Part shown: positions 1 through 10,556 of the stretch, piece by piece
Position numbering within the stretch: position 1 is the stretch's first letter
Layout: the number at the start of each line of letters is the position of its first letter
Assembly: GCA_005191425.1 (NCBI GenBank)
Contig: SUPR01000002.1
Span: 1-32,000, forward strand
Length of the DNA: 32,000 bases
DNA from: Candidatus Helarchaeota ASGARD archaeon Hel_GB_B
GTDB lineage: Archaea; Asgardarchaeota; Lokiarchaeia; Helarchaeales; HEL-GB-B
Direction: 5' to 3'
Program-made: the position numbers and the translations under genes
The notes under the pieces: generated by a model
The model's database searches: none
What the model was told of the DNA's origin: nothing
Seen by the model: only the letters and a program-made list of their open reading frames with translations

Positions 1-72
1 TTGGTCCAAATAATATGTAGTAAAAAATTTATTTGCAATTAATACACCGTCCAAATCAAAAAAGATTATCAT
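1..72 (-). CDS. HAD-superfamily hydrolase, N-terminal part (runs off the left edge)
   Basis: Manual translation from ATG at 72: MIIFFDLDGVLIANKFFTTYYLDQ, containing HAD motif I (DxDG). Alternative in-frame starts are GTG 84 and TTG 123. Not in the ORF track. Confidence 0.7.
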   Translation of the reverse strand, partial: MIIFFDLDGVLIANKFFTTYYLDQ

Positions 73-261
73 GTTTTTTTCCACAGTATTTCGACCGCCA
101 AATTTTGTAGGTACAAGGTTCAAATTTTAAAAACTTATAGTAATAATAATAAAATATACAAAAATAAAATTAATTTTAATAAGGTGTAATTATTTTTTAA
201 ATAATTTATAAGAATATTAAACAAGAGTTTAATTCAATTAAAAAATGGACAAGGAGTTATA

Positions 262-1155
262 ATGAATAATAGCATAATTTCAAGGAAAAAAATTAAGGAA
301 ATAATAGATAATCCAGATAAAGTTTCGGAATTAAGCTTAAACAATATAAAGTTTTTAATTTCAAATGCCAGAGAAATTTTAAAAAAGGAACCAAATTTGA
401 TTAAAATAGGACATTCGGGTAAATTATTATTTGTTGGAGATATTCACGGCAATTTCGAGAGTTTGGTGAGTATCCAAAGTCTTATTTCAAGAAATGAATA
501 TAATTATTACGAAAAAATTATTTTTTTAGGAGACTTCGTAGACCGAGGGCCAATGCAATTAGAGTCGATAAATTATGTCCTTTTATTAAAGATATACTTT
601 CCAAATAAAGTTATTTTATTACGTGGAAACCACGAAACTACTTCAATGAATGAATATTATGGTTTTTATAATGTCGTATACGGTCGATATGGACAAGAGT
701 TATATAACAATTATTCAGATTTATATGGGGCATTTCCTCTTGCATTAATTACTGAAAGTAGAATATTTTGCGTTCATGGTGGCCTGCCAGAAAATCTTGA
801 AAAAATAGAACAAATAAATGACCTTAACCGTTTTTTAAGCGATATAGATATTGATAATTTAATGTTAATGCAGTTAATATGGAATGACCCTACAGAAGAT
901 ATACAGTTTTTTACAGATAGCTTTAGGGGTATTGGTATTAAATTATTTGGAGAAAAAGCATTCCGTGATTTTATTTCAAGGAACAATATTAAGTTATTTA
1001 TTAGAGCACACGAAGCTTTTCTACAGGGATACAAATATTTTTTCGATAATAAATTATTGAGTATTTTCTCAGCTGCAAATTATAGAGCAGGAAACCAAGC
1101 TCATGTGGTGGAAATAAATAAAAATTTAGATATTAAACTTATAAAAATTGGGTGA
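262..1155 (+). CDS. Ser/Thr protein phosphatase, PPP family (PP1/PP2A-like)
   Basis: Full PPP motif set in order: GDIHG, GDFVDRG, RGNHE, HGG, WNDP, RAHE, FSAANY. SD-like AAGGAG 5 nt before ATG. Confidence 0.95.
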   Translation: MNNSIISRKKIKEIIDNPDKVSELSLNNIKFLISNAREILKKEPNLIKIGHSGKLLFVGDIHGNFESLVSIQSLISRNEYNYYEKIIFLGDFVDRGPMQLESINYVLLLKIYFPNKVILLRGNHETTSMNEYYGFYNVVYGRYGQELYNNYSDLYGAFPLALITESRIFCVHGGLPENLEKIEQINDLNRFLSDIDIDNLMLMQLIWNDPTEDIQFFTDSFRGIGIKLFGEKAFRDFISRNNIKLFIRAHEAFLQGYKYFFDNKLLSIFSAANYRAGNQAHVVEINKNLDIKLIKIG

Positions 1156-1212
1156 AAAATAATACAAATATTTTAATTAATTTAAGGCTATGAAAAATAA
1201 GAATAGATTTAA

Positions 1213-1866
1213 TCATTCTGCATTAAAAGCTTCAGAAATTTTTTTAAGGGCTTCTTTTACGCTATCTTTTACGCCAGGGTCTGGGTCATTTTCTACCATA
1301 TCTTTTAGGATGTAAATATATTTTTCGACTTTTTTTGGGACTTTTGAGCCAATCATTCCAAGAGCATAAGCTGCATAATATCGAACAATCCAAGATGAAT
1401 CTTTTTTCAACCTTCGACTGATTATTGGTAATGAATAAACTATTAAGTCAGGGTTTTTATAACCAATATCGCCAAGCGTTTGAGCTGCTGTACCTCGTGC
1501 ACCGTCATGTTCATCAGATTCTAAGATTTTATTTAATACTTCAATTATTGATTTAAGATCAGCTGTCGGTAATATTGTGCTATTAGCAAGCTTTCCCAGT
1601 GCTTTCGCTGTAGATTCTCTGACCCACCCATCTTTATCAGACTTAATTATATCAATAAGTTTATCAAGGACATTTAAATCGCCAGAAGTTATTATTTCTG
1701 GGTTAATTTTGCCCAGTTCACCTATAATTTGAGCAGCATATGACCGCACACTCCAATCTTCATGGTGTAGTGTTTCCAATAAAATTTTTATTGCTCCATC
1801 TGTATTATTTTCGGCAATATAGGCAATTGCTTTCCGCACTGGATTATCTCCATTTAGAACAGACAC
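1213..1866 (-). CDS. HEAT-repeat protein (PBS-lyase-like HEAT)
   Basis: About 5 repeats of D/E-x-x-W-x-VR-x-x-AA-x-x-LG (HEDWSVRSYAAQIIG, DKDGWVRESTAKALG, DEHDGARGTAAQTLG, DSSWIVRYYAAYALG, DPDPGVKDSVKEAL). Confidence 0.85.
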   Translation of the reverse strand: MSVLNGDNPVRKAIAYIAENNTDGAIKILLETLHHEDWSVRSYAAQIIGELGKINPEIITSGDLNVLDKLIDIIKSDKDGWVRESTAKALGKLANSTILPTADLKSIIEVLNKILESDEHDGARGTAAQTLGDIGYKNPDLIVYSLPIISRRLKKDSSWIVRYYAAYALGMIGSKVPKKVEKYIYILKDMVENDPDPGVKDSVKEALKKISEAFNAE

Positions 1867-2184
1867 TGACGGTTCCCTCTGATTGTTTTAAGTAATACAA
1901 TCAATTGAGATTAGTAAATATTTATTAATTAAATCTTTTTATAAACTTTATGAAAATATAGAGATTATTATAGTTACTTTTTTAATTCTTAAAAAAATTT
2001 CGATTATCACTATATTTACGAAATTTTAGACGCATTTTATATATTTTTTAAAAATTTTTAACCACGAATTTTTAATATATTTTTACTTATACTATTCTAT
2101 AAAAAATTTTAATTAAGTTCAAAAATATATTATAAGAAGAAAATTTCTACAATATTGGGTACATAGGTTTAGAACGAATCAATA

Positions 2185-3438
2185 TTGAATGTGATAATTA
2201 AAATGATACATATTGCGTTACTTTTACATATATATCAACCTCCTTGTCAATCATATACAATTCTTAAAAAAATAGCCCAAGAAAGTTATATCCCTTTTTT
2301 AAATGTCATAAAGAAATTGAGTAATGCAAAAATTACGCTAAATATTAATGGCTCATTGACTGAGTTATTAAAGACCTATGAATTTGAAGAAGTTATTTCA
2401 TTAATTAATGAACTGGTATTGGCAGAAAAAATACGCTTTACAGGGTCAGGAATGTACCACCCAATTTTACCACTCCTTCCACCAGAGGAAGTAGAGAGAC
2501 AAATCCAATTAAATGAAGAATATAATAGTAGTGTTTTAGAGAATTTTGCTGGTATCAAGGGTTTTTTCCCGCCAGAGATGTGCATTTCACAAAATACATT
2601 AAATGTGGTAAAGAAATTGGGGTTTAAATGGATAATTGCCGATGGAGTAGCATGTCCAGCAGAATGGCCGACTAATAAATATTATAAATACGATGATTTG
2701 GCAGTACTTTTCAGAGATTCTATTATAAGCAATGAAATTGCGTTTAAAGACATTTCTGCCATGGATTTAATAAGGAAATTGGAAGTGTTATTTGAACAAG
2801 ATTATTATTTGATAATAGCATTAGACGGAGAAACATTTGGACACCATATTAAGGACTATGAAACTTTATTTTTGGAGAAATTTATTAATTTAATAAATGA
2901 GAATGAAGATATTGAACTTGTATTTGTAGACGATATATTGAATTTATATCCATCAGCCAGTGTGATCCGTCCTATTGACAGTAGTTGGAGTACCACGCAT
3001 GAAAATATAATTAATGAAGTCCCATATCCTTTATGGGCAAACCCTGTAAATAGGTTACATATAATTCAAAACAAATTACAAGAAAAAGTCTATGAATTTA
3101 TAGAGTTAATTAAAGATGAATCGAAAAAGGACAAAACAGACACAAAATTTCAAGATTGCTACCAAACTGTAAGGAGATTACTGGATAAGGGAGAATTTTC
3201 TTGTAAATTGTGGTGGGCATGTCCAGAACATTTTGATTTTAATATAATTATTGAAGGAAACCAGTATCTTATAAAATCAGCGATAAATGCTTTAAAGTGC
3301 ATAATGAACATGAGTAACTCAAAAGAAATTAAATTTAAGGCAAGAAATCTATATGAGAATATCTTATTGGAGTATCAACTCCTTTTAAGAGAAATTGGTA
3401 CCCATTTTGAATATAAATATAAATTTGGACATTTTTAA
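2185..3438 (+). CDS. Glycoside hydrolase family 57 protein
   Basis: HIYQP N-terminal motif, FFPPEM (nucleophile Glu), LDGETFGHH (acid/base Asp), SSWS and WW motifs. Real start is probably ATG 2203. Confidence 0.9.
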   Translation: MNVIIKMIHIALLLHIYQPPCQSYTILKKIAQESYIPFLNVIKKLSNAKITLNINGSLTELLKTYEFEEVISLINELVLAEKIRFTGSGMYHPILPLLPPEEVERQIQLNEEYNSSVLENFAGIKGFFPPEMCISQNTLNVVKKLGFKWIIADGVACPAEWPTNKYYKYDDLAVLFRDSIISNEIAFKDISAMDLIRKLEVLFEQDYYLIIALDGETFGHHIKDYETLFLEKFINLINENEDIELVFVDDILNLYPSASVIRPIDSSWSTTHENIINEVPYPLWANPVNRLHIIQNKLQEKVYEFIELIKDESKKDKTDTKFQDCYQTVRRLLDKGEFSCKLWWACPEHFDFNIIIEGNQYLIKSAINALKCIMNMSNSKEIKFKARNLYENILLEYQLLLREIGTHFEYKYKFGHF

Positions 3439-3455
3439 ATCTTTGAAAATAGAAT

Positions 3456-5273
3456 GTGGTCGATATGGTAAATTTTACAGAAACTGCAATCAAAATTCTT
3501 GAAGCCAGATATTTAATTAGAGATAAAAATATGAATATCCTTGAAACTCCTGAAGATATGTTAAAAAGAGTTGCAAAAAATATTGCATCTGCCGATTTAC
3601 AATATGGTTTTTCGGAAAAAGAGGTCAATAATACCGAAAAAAAATTTTTTGAAATAATGGACAATTTGGAATTTTTACCAAATTCACCAACTTTAATGAA
3701 CGCAAACACGATTTTTCAGCAATTATCAGCGTGTTTTGTATTACCAATAAATGACAATTTAGATAGTATATTTTCTACCTTGAAAAATGCCGCAATAATT
3801 CAGCAAACAGGTGGTGGAACCGGATTTAATTTTTCAAATCTTAGGCCATTTAATGATTTGGTTAGAGGTCTGCCAGCTGCGGCTGGGCCAGTTGGTTTTA
3901 TGAAAATATTCGATATTACTACAGACGTAATCAAACAAGGGGGAAGACGACGTGGTGCAAATATGGGAATATTAGACATTACGCACCCAGACATTATAAA
4001 ATTTGTTAGCTCGAAGGTAGACCCCAATTTTTTAAAGAATTTTAATATTTCTGTTGCAATAACGGACGAATTTATGGAAGCAGTGCTTAATAAAAAAGAA
4101 TTTAATTTGATAAATCCTAGGACAAATGAAGTAGTAAAAGTAGTAGATGCAAATAAAATCTTAGATTTAATTAGTATGATGGCATGGATGAGTGGTGACC
4201 CAGGAGTAATATATTTAGATACAATAAATAAAAACAATCCGTTAAAAAATCTTGGTATTATAAGAAGCACTAATCCATGTGGAGAAGTCCCCTTATATCC
4301 ATATGAAGCTTGTAATTTAGGTTCAATTAATTTGTCTAAATTAGTGAAAAATAAGTCTATTAATTACCAAAGATTAAAGGATATTATACATATAGCAGTT
4401 CATTTTCTTGACAATGTCATTGATATGAGTAAATTTCCCATAAAAGAGATTTCAGAAATGGTTAAAAATACAAGAAAAATAGGTTTAGGAGTTATGGGTT
4501 TTGCGGATTTATTATTTCAATTAGAAATACCATATAATAGTCCTGAAGCACTAGAAGTAGCCGAAGAACTTATGAAATTCGTAAAAAAAGAGGCTGAATC
4601 ATCTTCTAAACATCTAGCAGAAATAAAAGGTCCATTTCCATATATTGATAAAAGTATCTATTATAAAAAACAAGAGCTTAGAAATGCAACATTACTTTCC
4701 ATTGCACCTACTGGAACAATTAGCTTGCTTGCTGATTGTTCAAGTGGTATAGAACCTGTTTATGGACTTGGTTATACTCGTGAAATGTTAGATGGCAAGA
4801 TAATTACAATTTTGAATAAACATCTTGAAAAAAAATTGAAGGATTTAGGACTTTATTCGGAACAGGTAATTGAAAAGTTGCTGGCTACTGGCTCAATACA
4901 GGATACTGAACTACCTGACAACATTAAAAGAGTATTTATAACAGCGCTTGAGATAGACCCTAAAGACCACTTAAAAATGCAAGCGAAATTTCAGAAATTT
5001 GTTGATAATTCGATCAGTAAAACAATCAACCTCCCTTTTGAAACCCCGCTAGAAAAAATCAAGGAAATTTATATTATGGGATGGAAGTTGGGTTGTAAAG
5101 GAGTGACAGTTTATAGGGATAAGTCTAGGAGCGAACAAGTTTTAACTTTCGGAAAAAAAGCAATTCAAGAAAAAAATAAGGAACATTGTCCAGATTGTGG
5201 GAGCATGAACATTATAAGAGAAGGAAAATGCTTAATTTGTAGAGATTGTGGATATTCATTATGTAATTTATAA
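3456..5273 (+). CDS. nrdJ: Adenosylcobalamin-dependent (class II) ribonucleotide reductase
   Basis: PNSPTLMNA, LSACFV, GGGTGFNFS, QGGRRRGANMG, NPCGE radical-Cys motif, IAPTGTIS, GIEP, KGVTVYRD, and a C-terminal CPDC..CLICRDCGYSLC. Start is probably ATG 3465. Confidence 0.97.
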   Translation: MVDMVNFTETAIKILEARYLIRDKNMNILETPEDMLKRVAKNIASADLQYGFSEKEVNNTEKKFFEIMDNLEFLPNSPTLMNANTIFQQLSACFVLPINDNLDSIFSTLKNAAIIQQTGGGTGFNFSNLRPFNDLVRGLPAAAGPVGFMKIFDITTDVIKQGGRRRGANMGILDITHPDIIKFVSSKVDPNFLKNFNISVAITDEFMEAVLNKKEFNLINPRTNEVVKVVDANKILDLISMMAWMSGDPGVIYLDTINKNNPLKNLGIIRSTNPCGEVPLYPYEACNLGSINLSKLVKNKSINYQRLKDIIHIAVHFLDNVIDMSKFPIKEISEMVKNTRKIGLGVMGFADLLFQLEIPYNSPEALEVAEELMKFVKKEAESSSKHLAEIKGPFPYIDKSIYYKKQELRNATLLSIAPTGTISLLADCSSGIEPVYGLGYTREMLDGKIITILNKHLEKKLKDLGLYSEQVIEKLLATGSIQDTELPDNIKRVFITALEIDPKDHLKMQAKFQKFVDNSISKTINLPFETPLEKIKEIYIMGWKLGCKGVTVYRDKSRSEQVLTFGKKAIQEKNKEHCPDCGSMNIIREGKCLICRDCGYSLCNL

Positions 5274-5313
5274 ATTAAAATACAAAATACGACTTGAATT
5301 AGGTATTAAAAAT

Positions 5314-5622
5314 ATGAATGCTAACAAAAAAGGAGAAAAAAAACTTTATATTTTTGGGGTATATTTTTGTTCTTGCAAAACACTAATAATTTGGTATCCA
5401 GATATAAAGAAATTCCCTGAAATGGATTATTTTCCAGATGTAATAGAATGTCCAATCTGTAAAAAATCAATTCCACCTAAAGAAAAATTGAGAATTGATC
5501 CAGAGCTTGATCTAGTTGATCAATTTTTAAGAATAAGCTCTTATTATGATTTTAAGAAGTTCTTAATAATTGATGAATCGCATGTTCATTTTTTTTGGAA
5601 TAAACCAGATATAATTAATTAG
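5314..5622 (+). CDS. Small hypothetical protein with CxC...CxxC putative Zn ribbon
   Basis: FCSC and CPIC motifs. ATG 5314, preceded by AGGT, is more plausible than the track start of 5248, which overlaps nrdJ. Confidence 0.6.
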   Translation: MNANKKGEKKLYIFGVYFCSCKTLIIWYPDIKKFPEMDYFPDVIECPICKKSIPPKEKLRIDPELDLVDQFLRISSYYDFKKFLIIDESHVHFFWNKPDIIN

Positions 5623-5668
5623 ATTGTAGTTAAAATGAAATTAAAAGTCAATATTATGATATACAATT

Positions 5669-6328
5669 TTATAAACAGATATTAATAAGTTCTCCTAATG
5701 AATCAATATGTATCTGGGAATATTCTCTTACTTTTTCGTTATGTATATTGAAACTTATTCCAAAATATTCTTTAAAAACTTTTACATCAGTTATTCCGTC
5801 TCCAATGTGAGCAATTTCATCTTTTTTAATATTATAATTCTTTTGCATAAATTTTATAGCTCCTATTTTGTCGACTTCGTAATTGTCAGTTTCAAATGGT
5901 AAAAATGTATCATAGAAATAACCTTTATAATCAAATAATGGGTGCATTGCAAAAATTTGTCGGATATATTCATGACCAATTTCTTTAACTTTTTGATGTA
6001 TCATAATATTAGGTGCAGAAGAGTTTATAATTATAATTAACCCATTTTCATATAATTCTTTTATTACTTCTTTAACAAGAGGTTGTAAAGTTAATAATTT
6101 TCCAGCTTCAATAAAATCTCGATAATGTAATTTTGCTTTTTTAAATAAAATATGTTCTGTTTCTCTAAATTCTCGTGGATTTAATGAGACTTTATAATCA
6201 TCAATTCTACCTTTTGGGATATTCATATAATCCCTTAAAAAGCCCCAAGAATTGACTTGAACAGTAATTACTCCATCAAAATCGAAACTAATCAGTTTGA
6301 ATTTATTATTCAAATTAATACACATCAC
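5669..6328 (-). CDS. HAD phosphatase, phosphoserine-phosphatase-like
   Basis: Motif I DFDGV, motif II NSS, motif III K (VDKIGAI), motif IV IGDGITD. Confidence 0.8.
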   Translation of the reverse strand: MMCINLNNKFKLISFDFDGVITVQVNSWGFLRDYMNIPKGRIDDYKVSLNPREFRETEHILFKKAKLHYRDFIEAGKLLTLQPLVKEVIKELYENGLIIIINSSAPNIMIHQKVKEIGHEYIRQIFAMHPLFDYKGYFYDTFLPFETDNYEVDKIGAIKFMQKNYNIKKDEIAHIGDGITDVKVFKEYFGISFNIHNEKVREYSQIHIDSLGELINICL

Positions 6329-6345
6329 TATTTACTTAAAATTAT

Positions 6346-7581
6346 TTAGACAGATTTTTCAAACTTGCGTATTACATTTTCATATGCATTTTTCTTTCGT
6401 AAATCAATAAATCTTTTTCCCTTTCTTCCAATAATAGGGATTAAATCTTTTTCAATAACTTTAACAGTAGTATTAATTGAAGTTGAAGCTGAAATTACAC
6501 TTTTTATTTTTGTCATTAACTTTCGATCCATTTCACTGTACAGCTCAACATAAAGTCTTGTTTCGTCAAGCCCTCTATTTGAATCCACAACAAACAGATA
6601 ATTTCTAATTTCATTTATTTTAAAAAGTTCGGATTCTATTGTAAAAGGTGAAATAAGAGTTCCTTTAATTTTTGTTAAATCGTCTAACCGCTCTTCAATA
6701 TAATCGATAAGTATAGAATCGCGTCCACAAGCACATTTTCCAATAATTCGGGAGTGGTCTCCAGATGCAAACCTGATGGCAAGGGTCCCCGTTTTAGAAA
6801 TAGTTGTATAACAAAGTTCACCTTTACCAGAACTGTCTTCATTTATTATTTCAACTAAAATATGGTCTGTAGGCCAATGAATGCCCATTTTTTCTTCACA
6901 TTCTGCTCCAGCTCCTACTTCACTTAGTCCATATCCAATTCGTACATCAATATCCCACATTTCTTCTATTTTCTTCCGTTTTGATTCTGGTAATGGCTCA
7001 CCTAATACATAGGCTTTTTTTAATGAATATTCTCTTGGGTCTTTATCGTTATCTTGAAGATAATATCCAAGCTTCAATAAATATTGTGGTATCCCTATAA
7101 ATACTGTGGCATTAAATAATTTCATCAAGTCTAGATGTTGTTTACCTGTAGATAGCCTACCTGCCGGTATAATTTTTGCTCCTAATGCCTTAGCAGCATC
7201 ATGGACAACAAAACCTGCAAAAAACATGCCGTATGGAGTAGAGTTATAAACAATATCGTTTTTATCAATTCCAGCTAATTTTAAACACCTAACATTCTGT
7301 TCAACATAAACATCCCAGTCATTATAAGTAAAACCCACAACTGTTGGAGTCCCTGAAGTACCTGAAGTGGTATGAAATTTATACACATTTTTAGGGTCTC
7401 CAATAACAGCCCAAAAATCCTTAACAATGTCCTTTTTTGAAATAATTGGCATTTTTTTTAAGTCATCGATCGATTTGAAGTCTTCTGGTTTTAAGTTTCG
7501 TTTCCTCATTTCAGCTCCGTAAAATTTGGTTTTATAAGCGAGTTTTATGGTGTTTTTAAATCGAGTTAATCTCTGTTCCAT
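6346..7581 (-). CDS. Phenylacetate-CoA ligase / coenzyme F390 synthetase family adenylate-forming enzyme
   Basis: TTSGTSGTPT, PYGMF, GEP, GYGLSEVG and RLDDLTKIKG motifs typical of the PaaK family. Substrate not determinable from sequence. Confidence 0.88.
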   Translation of the reverse strand: MEQRLTRFKNTIKLAYKTKFYGAEMRKRNLKPEDFKSIDDLKKMPIISKKDIVKDFWAVIGDPKNVYKFHTTSGTSGTPTVVGFTYNDWDVYVEQNVRCLKLAGIDKNDIVYNSTPYGMFFAGFVVHDAAKALGAKIIPAGRLSTGKQHLDLMKLFNATVFIGIPQYLLKLGYYLQDNDKDPREYSLKKAYVLGEPLPESKRKKIEEMWDIDVRIGYGLSEVGAGAECEEKMGIHWPTDHILVEIINEDSSGKGELCYTTISKTGTLAIRFASGDHSRIIGKCACGRDSILIDYIEERLDDLTKIKGTLISPFTIESELFKINEIRNYLFVVDSNRGLDETRLYVELYSEMDRKLMTKIKSVISASTSINTTVKVIEKDLIPIIGRKGKRFIDLRKKNAYENVIRKFEKSV

Positions 7582-7862
7582 ATTTAATTTTGAATTGTTA
7601 ATTGATTTAAAGATTTATCCTATTAATTTCTTTTAAAATATTAAAAGTAGAAAATCAAGGTATATGTAAAAATATACATTAAATACCAAATAAAGTTTAG
7701 AAAAACAAAATAAAAGCAAAAGTAATAATATGTTTACTAAACTTTTGAGAATTTTAAAATGTTATTTGAAAATTTTTTACCCAATGTTTTTATTATTTAA
7801 TGTTCATAATTTGATTAATATCGAGTAGATCACAAGTTTAAAAATTAAAAAAATGAATTAAA

Positions 7863-9494
7863 ATGAAAGAAAATCCAATAATTTTAGATACTCAAATAAG
7901 TAAAGTTGTTTTGTATAGGGATGGCGCAAAAATAGAAAGGAATGGAAATGTAGCGTTAGAAGTGGGGACTAATGAAATAAAGTTACCTAAAATTTCAAGA
8001 TTTTGCGATCCAAATAGTATAAGGGTTAGTGGACTAGGTAGCGGTACTCTTGTAGATATTAAAGTAAATAAAAAATTTCAAGAACAAACAGGATTTCAAA
8101 AGTTAGACGAATTAATCAAAAAAAGAAAGGATTTAGAGAAAGAAATTTTTTCAAACAAAGAAGAATTAGGGTTTATTACCCAACGAAAAAATGATCTTAA
8201 TCAAATTTTTAAAAATTTTGTAGTAGAGTTTCCAAAATGGTTTTCCAGTGGAGAAAGCGAGATTAAACGTTTAGAAGATTTAAATTCGCTGACTATAAGT
8301 CAGAATAATGAGTTATCATCAAAAATCGGTGAATTAAAACTTAAAATAGAAGATTTAGAAAAAAAGTTATCTGTAATTAATGCCGAAATAGATAAAATTA
8401 ATCGATTACATGATAGAAAAGTCGATGAATATTATGAAATTATAGTGACAATTGAATCCGAAAAAAATGAAGAATTTGACCTGAAAGTATCTTATCAAGT
8501 AATGAATGCCTTCTGGGAACCGATATATGATGTAAATTTAAGTGAATCCCAATGTGAAATAAAATATATGGCATCAATTGTAAATAACACTTTTGAAGAT
8601 TGGAAAGATGTTGGTTTAGAAGTTTCTACCGCTGTTTTTCAATCAGTAGAACTAATTGAACCTGAACCATGGTATATTGATGTATATTATCCTCCACCAC
8701 CATCACCGCCGCCTAGACGTAAATATGCAATGAAAAAAATGTTGACCAGCGCCGCAAAGCCTTTAAAAATGGAAGAAAAAGCGGTAGACGAAAGTATGGA
8801 AGACGATTTTGTTGAGGAACAACTTGATTATAGACCAGAAATTAAAGAAGAAACAGCATCATTTTCAGAAAATGCTACAGGTATCCAAATATTTTCATTA
8901 CCAAACAAAGTTAATATACCATCAGATGGTAATCCACATCCTATACTTTTAACGAAATTTGAATTAGATTCAAGGACTGAATATTATTGGTCTTCAATGA
9001 ACCCAATTGGAGTAATTGCTCAAAGCATTATAAAAAATGGTGAAACTGTCCTATTACCGAGTGAAAAAGTCAAAGTTTTTCATGAAAAAGATTTTGTAGG
9101 AGAAACTGCAATTAAGACAATATCGCCATTTGAAGAATTTAAACTGGGTACACGATTAAGTTATGATTTAAAAGTAGAAAAGAAACTCTTAAAACGAAAG
9201 GCAGAAAAAGCCGGGATTATTAAGGGAAAATTAGGAAAAGATTATACATATTCCATTATTATCAACAATTTTAAAAAAGATGAAAAGAAAATTACAGTTA
9301 TTGATAGGATCCCAATGTCGCGCTCAGAACAAATTAAAGTTGCAATTAAAGAAATTAGTCTTGAACCGAAAAAAGATAATCTAAATATTTTAGTATGGGA
9401 ATTAACACTAAAACCAGAGGAAACAATTAAAATAAATTATAGTTTTAGTGTAGAATATGGAAAAGATGTTACTATAGTCCCTCCATTACCATAA
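7863..9494 (+). CDS. DUF4140/DUF4139 (MuiA-like) protein
   Basis: N-terminal ISKVVLYRDGAKIER..DPNSIRV, central coiled coil, SYQVMNAFWEPIYD, NNTFEDW, C-terminal VIDRIPMS and LVWELTLKP. Confidence 0.85.
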   Translation: MKENPIILDTQISKVVLYRDGAKIERNGNVALEVGTNEIKLPKISRFCDPNSIRVSGLGSGTLVDIKVNKKFQEQTGFQKLDELIKKRKDLEKEIFSNKEELGFITQRKNDLNQIFKNFVVEFPKWFSSGESEIKRLEDLNSLTISQNNELSSKIGELKLKIEDLEKKLSVINAEIDKINRLHDRKVDEYYEIIVTIESEKNEEFDLKVSYQVMNAFWEPIYDVNLSESQCEIKYMASIVNNTFEDWKDVGLEVSTAVFQSVELIEPEPWYIDVYYPPPPSPPPRRKYAMKKMLTSAAKPLKMEEKAVDESMEDDFVEEQLDYRPEIKEETASFSENATGIQIFSLPNKVNIPSDGNPHPILLTKFELDSRTEYYWSSMNPIGVIAQSIIKNGETVLLPSEKVKVFHEKDFVGETAIKTISPFEEFKLGTRLSYDLKVEKKLLKRKAEKAGIIKGKLGKDYTYSIIINNFKKDEKKITVIDRIPMSRSEQIKVAIKEISLEPKKDNLNILVWELTLKPEETIKINYSFSVEYGKDVTIVPPLP

Positions 9495-9775
9495 ATTCTA
9501 ACAAATACAAAATTCTATTTTTTAACTTTCAACCGACAATTTATATTATTTTTAATTGAATGTTTTTATTAGAAAATTAAAAGATTTATTTGCAATTTGT
9601 AGTAAAATTAACAAGTTATCCATAATTTAAAATGAGTATGTTTTCGGTATTAACTAATTAAACTTTTTATAATGCATTTAGATATTTTGTGAAATAATGA
9701 TTAAAGAAAGATTTAAGACAAATTTTATAAAGTATTTTCATATAATTCTTAACAATTTATAAATAAAGTAAAACG

Positions 9776-10516
9776 GTGTATATGATGTTTGGAACAGGCG
9801 GTGAAAGAGGTTACGATCTAGCAAGTACTACTTTTAGTCCCGAAGGTAGAATTTTTCAAGTAGAATATGCCATTGAGGCGGTAAGACATGGTACAGGTGC
9901 AATAGGTATTAAGTCAAAAGAGGGTGTAGTATTAACTGTTGAAAAAAGGGTAGGAGTCCTCCAAAAGCCCGAGACAATAGAAAAAATTTTTGATATAGAT
10001 ACACATATTGGTGCAGCTATTGCGGGACTTACTGCTGATGCCCGTGTATTAATAGATTATGCCCGAATTCAAACCCAAAATAACCAGATAATATACAATG
10101 AACCAATCTCGACTATTGGACTTGTCAGAAAAATATGCGATGTCAAACAATTATATACTTCTAGAGGCGGAGCAAGACCTTTTGGTGTTTCATTCTTAAT
10201 TGCAGGTGTAGATTCGGATGGAACTCCAAGATTATACATGACAGACCCATCTGGTGCATATTGGAGTTTTAAAGCGACGTCAATAGGACAAAATTCTGAT
10301 AAAGTTAAGGATTTTTTAACCCAAAAATATAAGAGCGACTTGACTCTTGACGAAGCAATAATCCTTTCAATTCAAGCTCTGAAAGAATCTATGGTAGATG
10401 AAAGCGAATTAACCGCTAAAAATGTCGAGATTGCTGTAATTAAAACTGAAGACCACAAATTTTACCGGTTAACTCATGAAGAAATAGATAACTATATTAA
10501 AAAAGGAATAAATTAA
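9776..10516 (+). CDS. psmA: Proteasome subunit alpha
   Basis: GYD..STTFSPEGRIFQVEYA signature, HIGAAIAGLTADAR, RPFGVSFL, DPSGAY. Start is GTG 9776 or ATG 9782. Confidence 0.97.
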   Translation: MYMMFGTGGERGYDLASTTFSPEGRIFQVEYAIEAVRHGTGAIGIKSKEGVVLTVEKRVGVLQKPETIEKIFDIDTHIGAAIAGLTADARVLIDYARIQTQNNQIIYNEPISTIGLVRKICDVKQLYTSRGGARPFGVSFLIAGVDSDGTPRLYMTDPSGAYWSFKATSIGQNSDKVKDFLTQKYKSDLTLDEAIILSIQALKESMVDESELTAKNVEIAVIKTEDHKFYRLTHEEIDNYIKKGIN

Positions 10517-10556
10517 TAAAAATAATATTTTATTGAAAATTATTTCTCAATATTTT

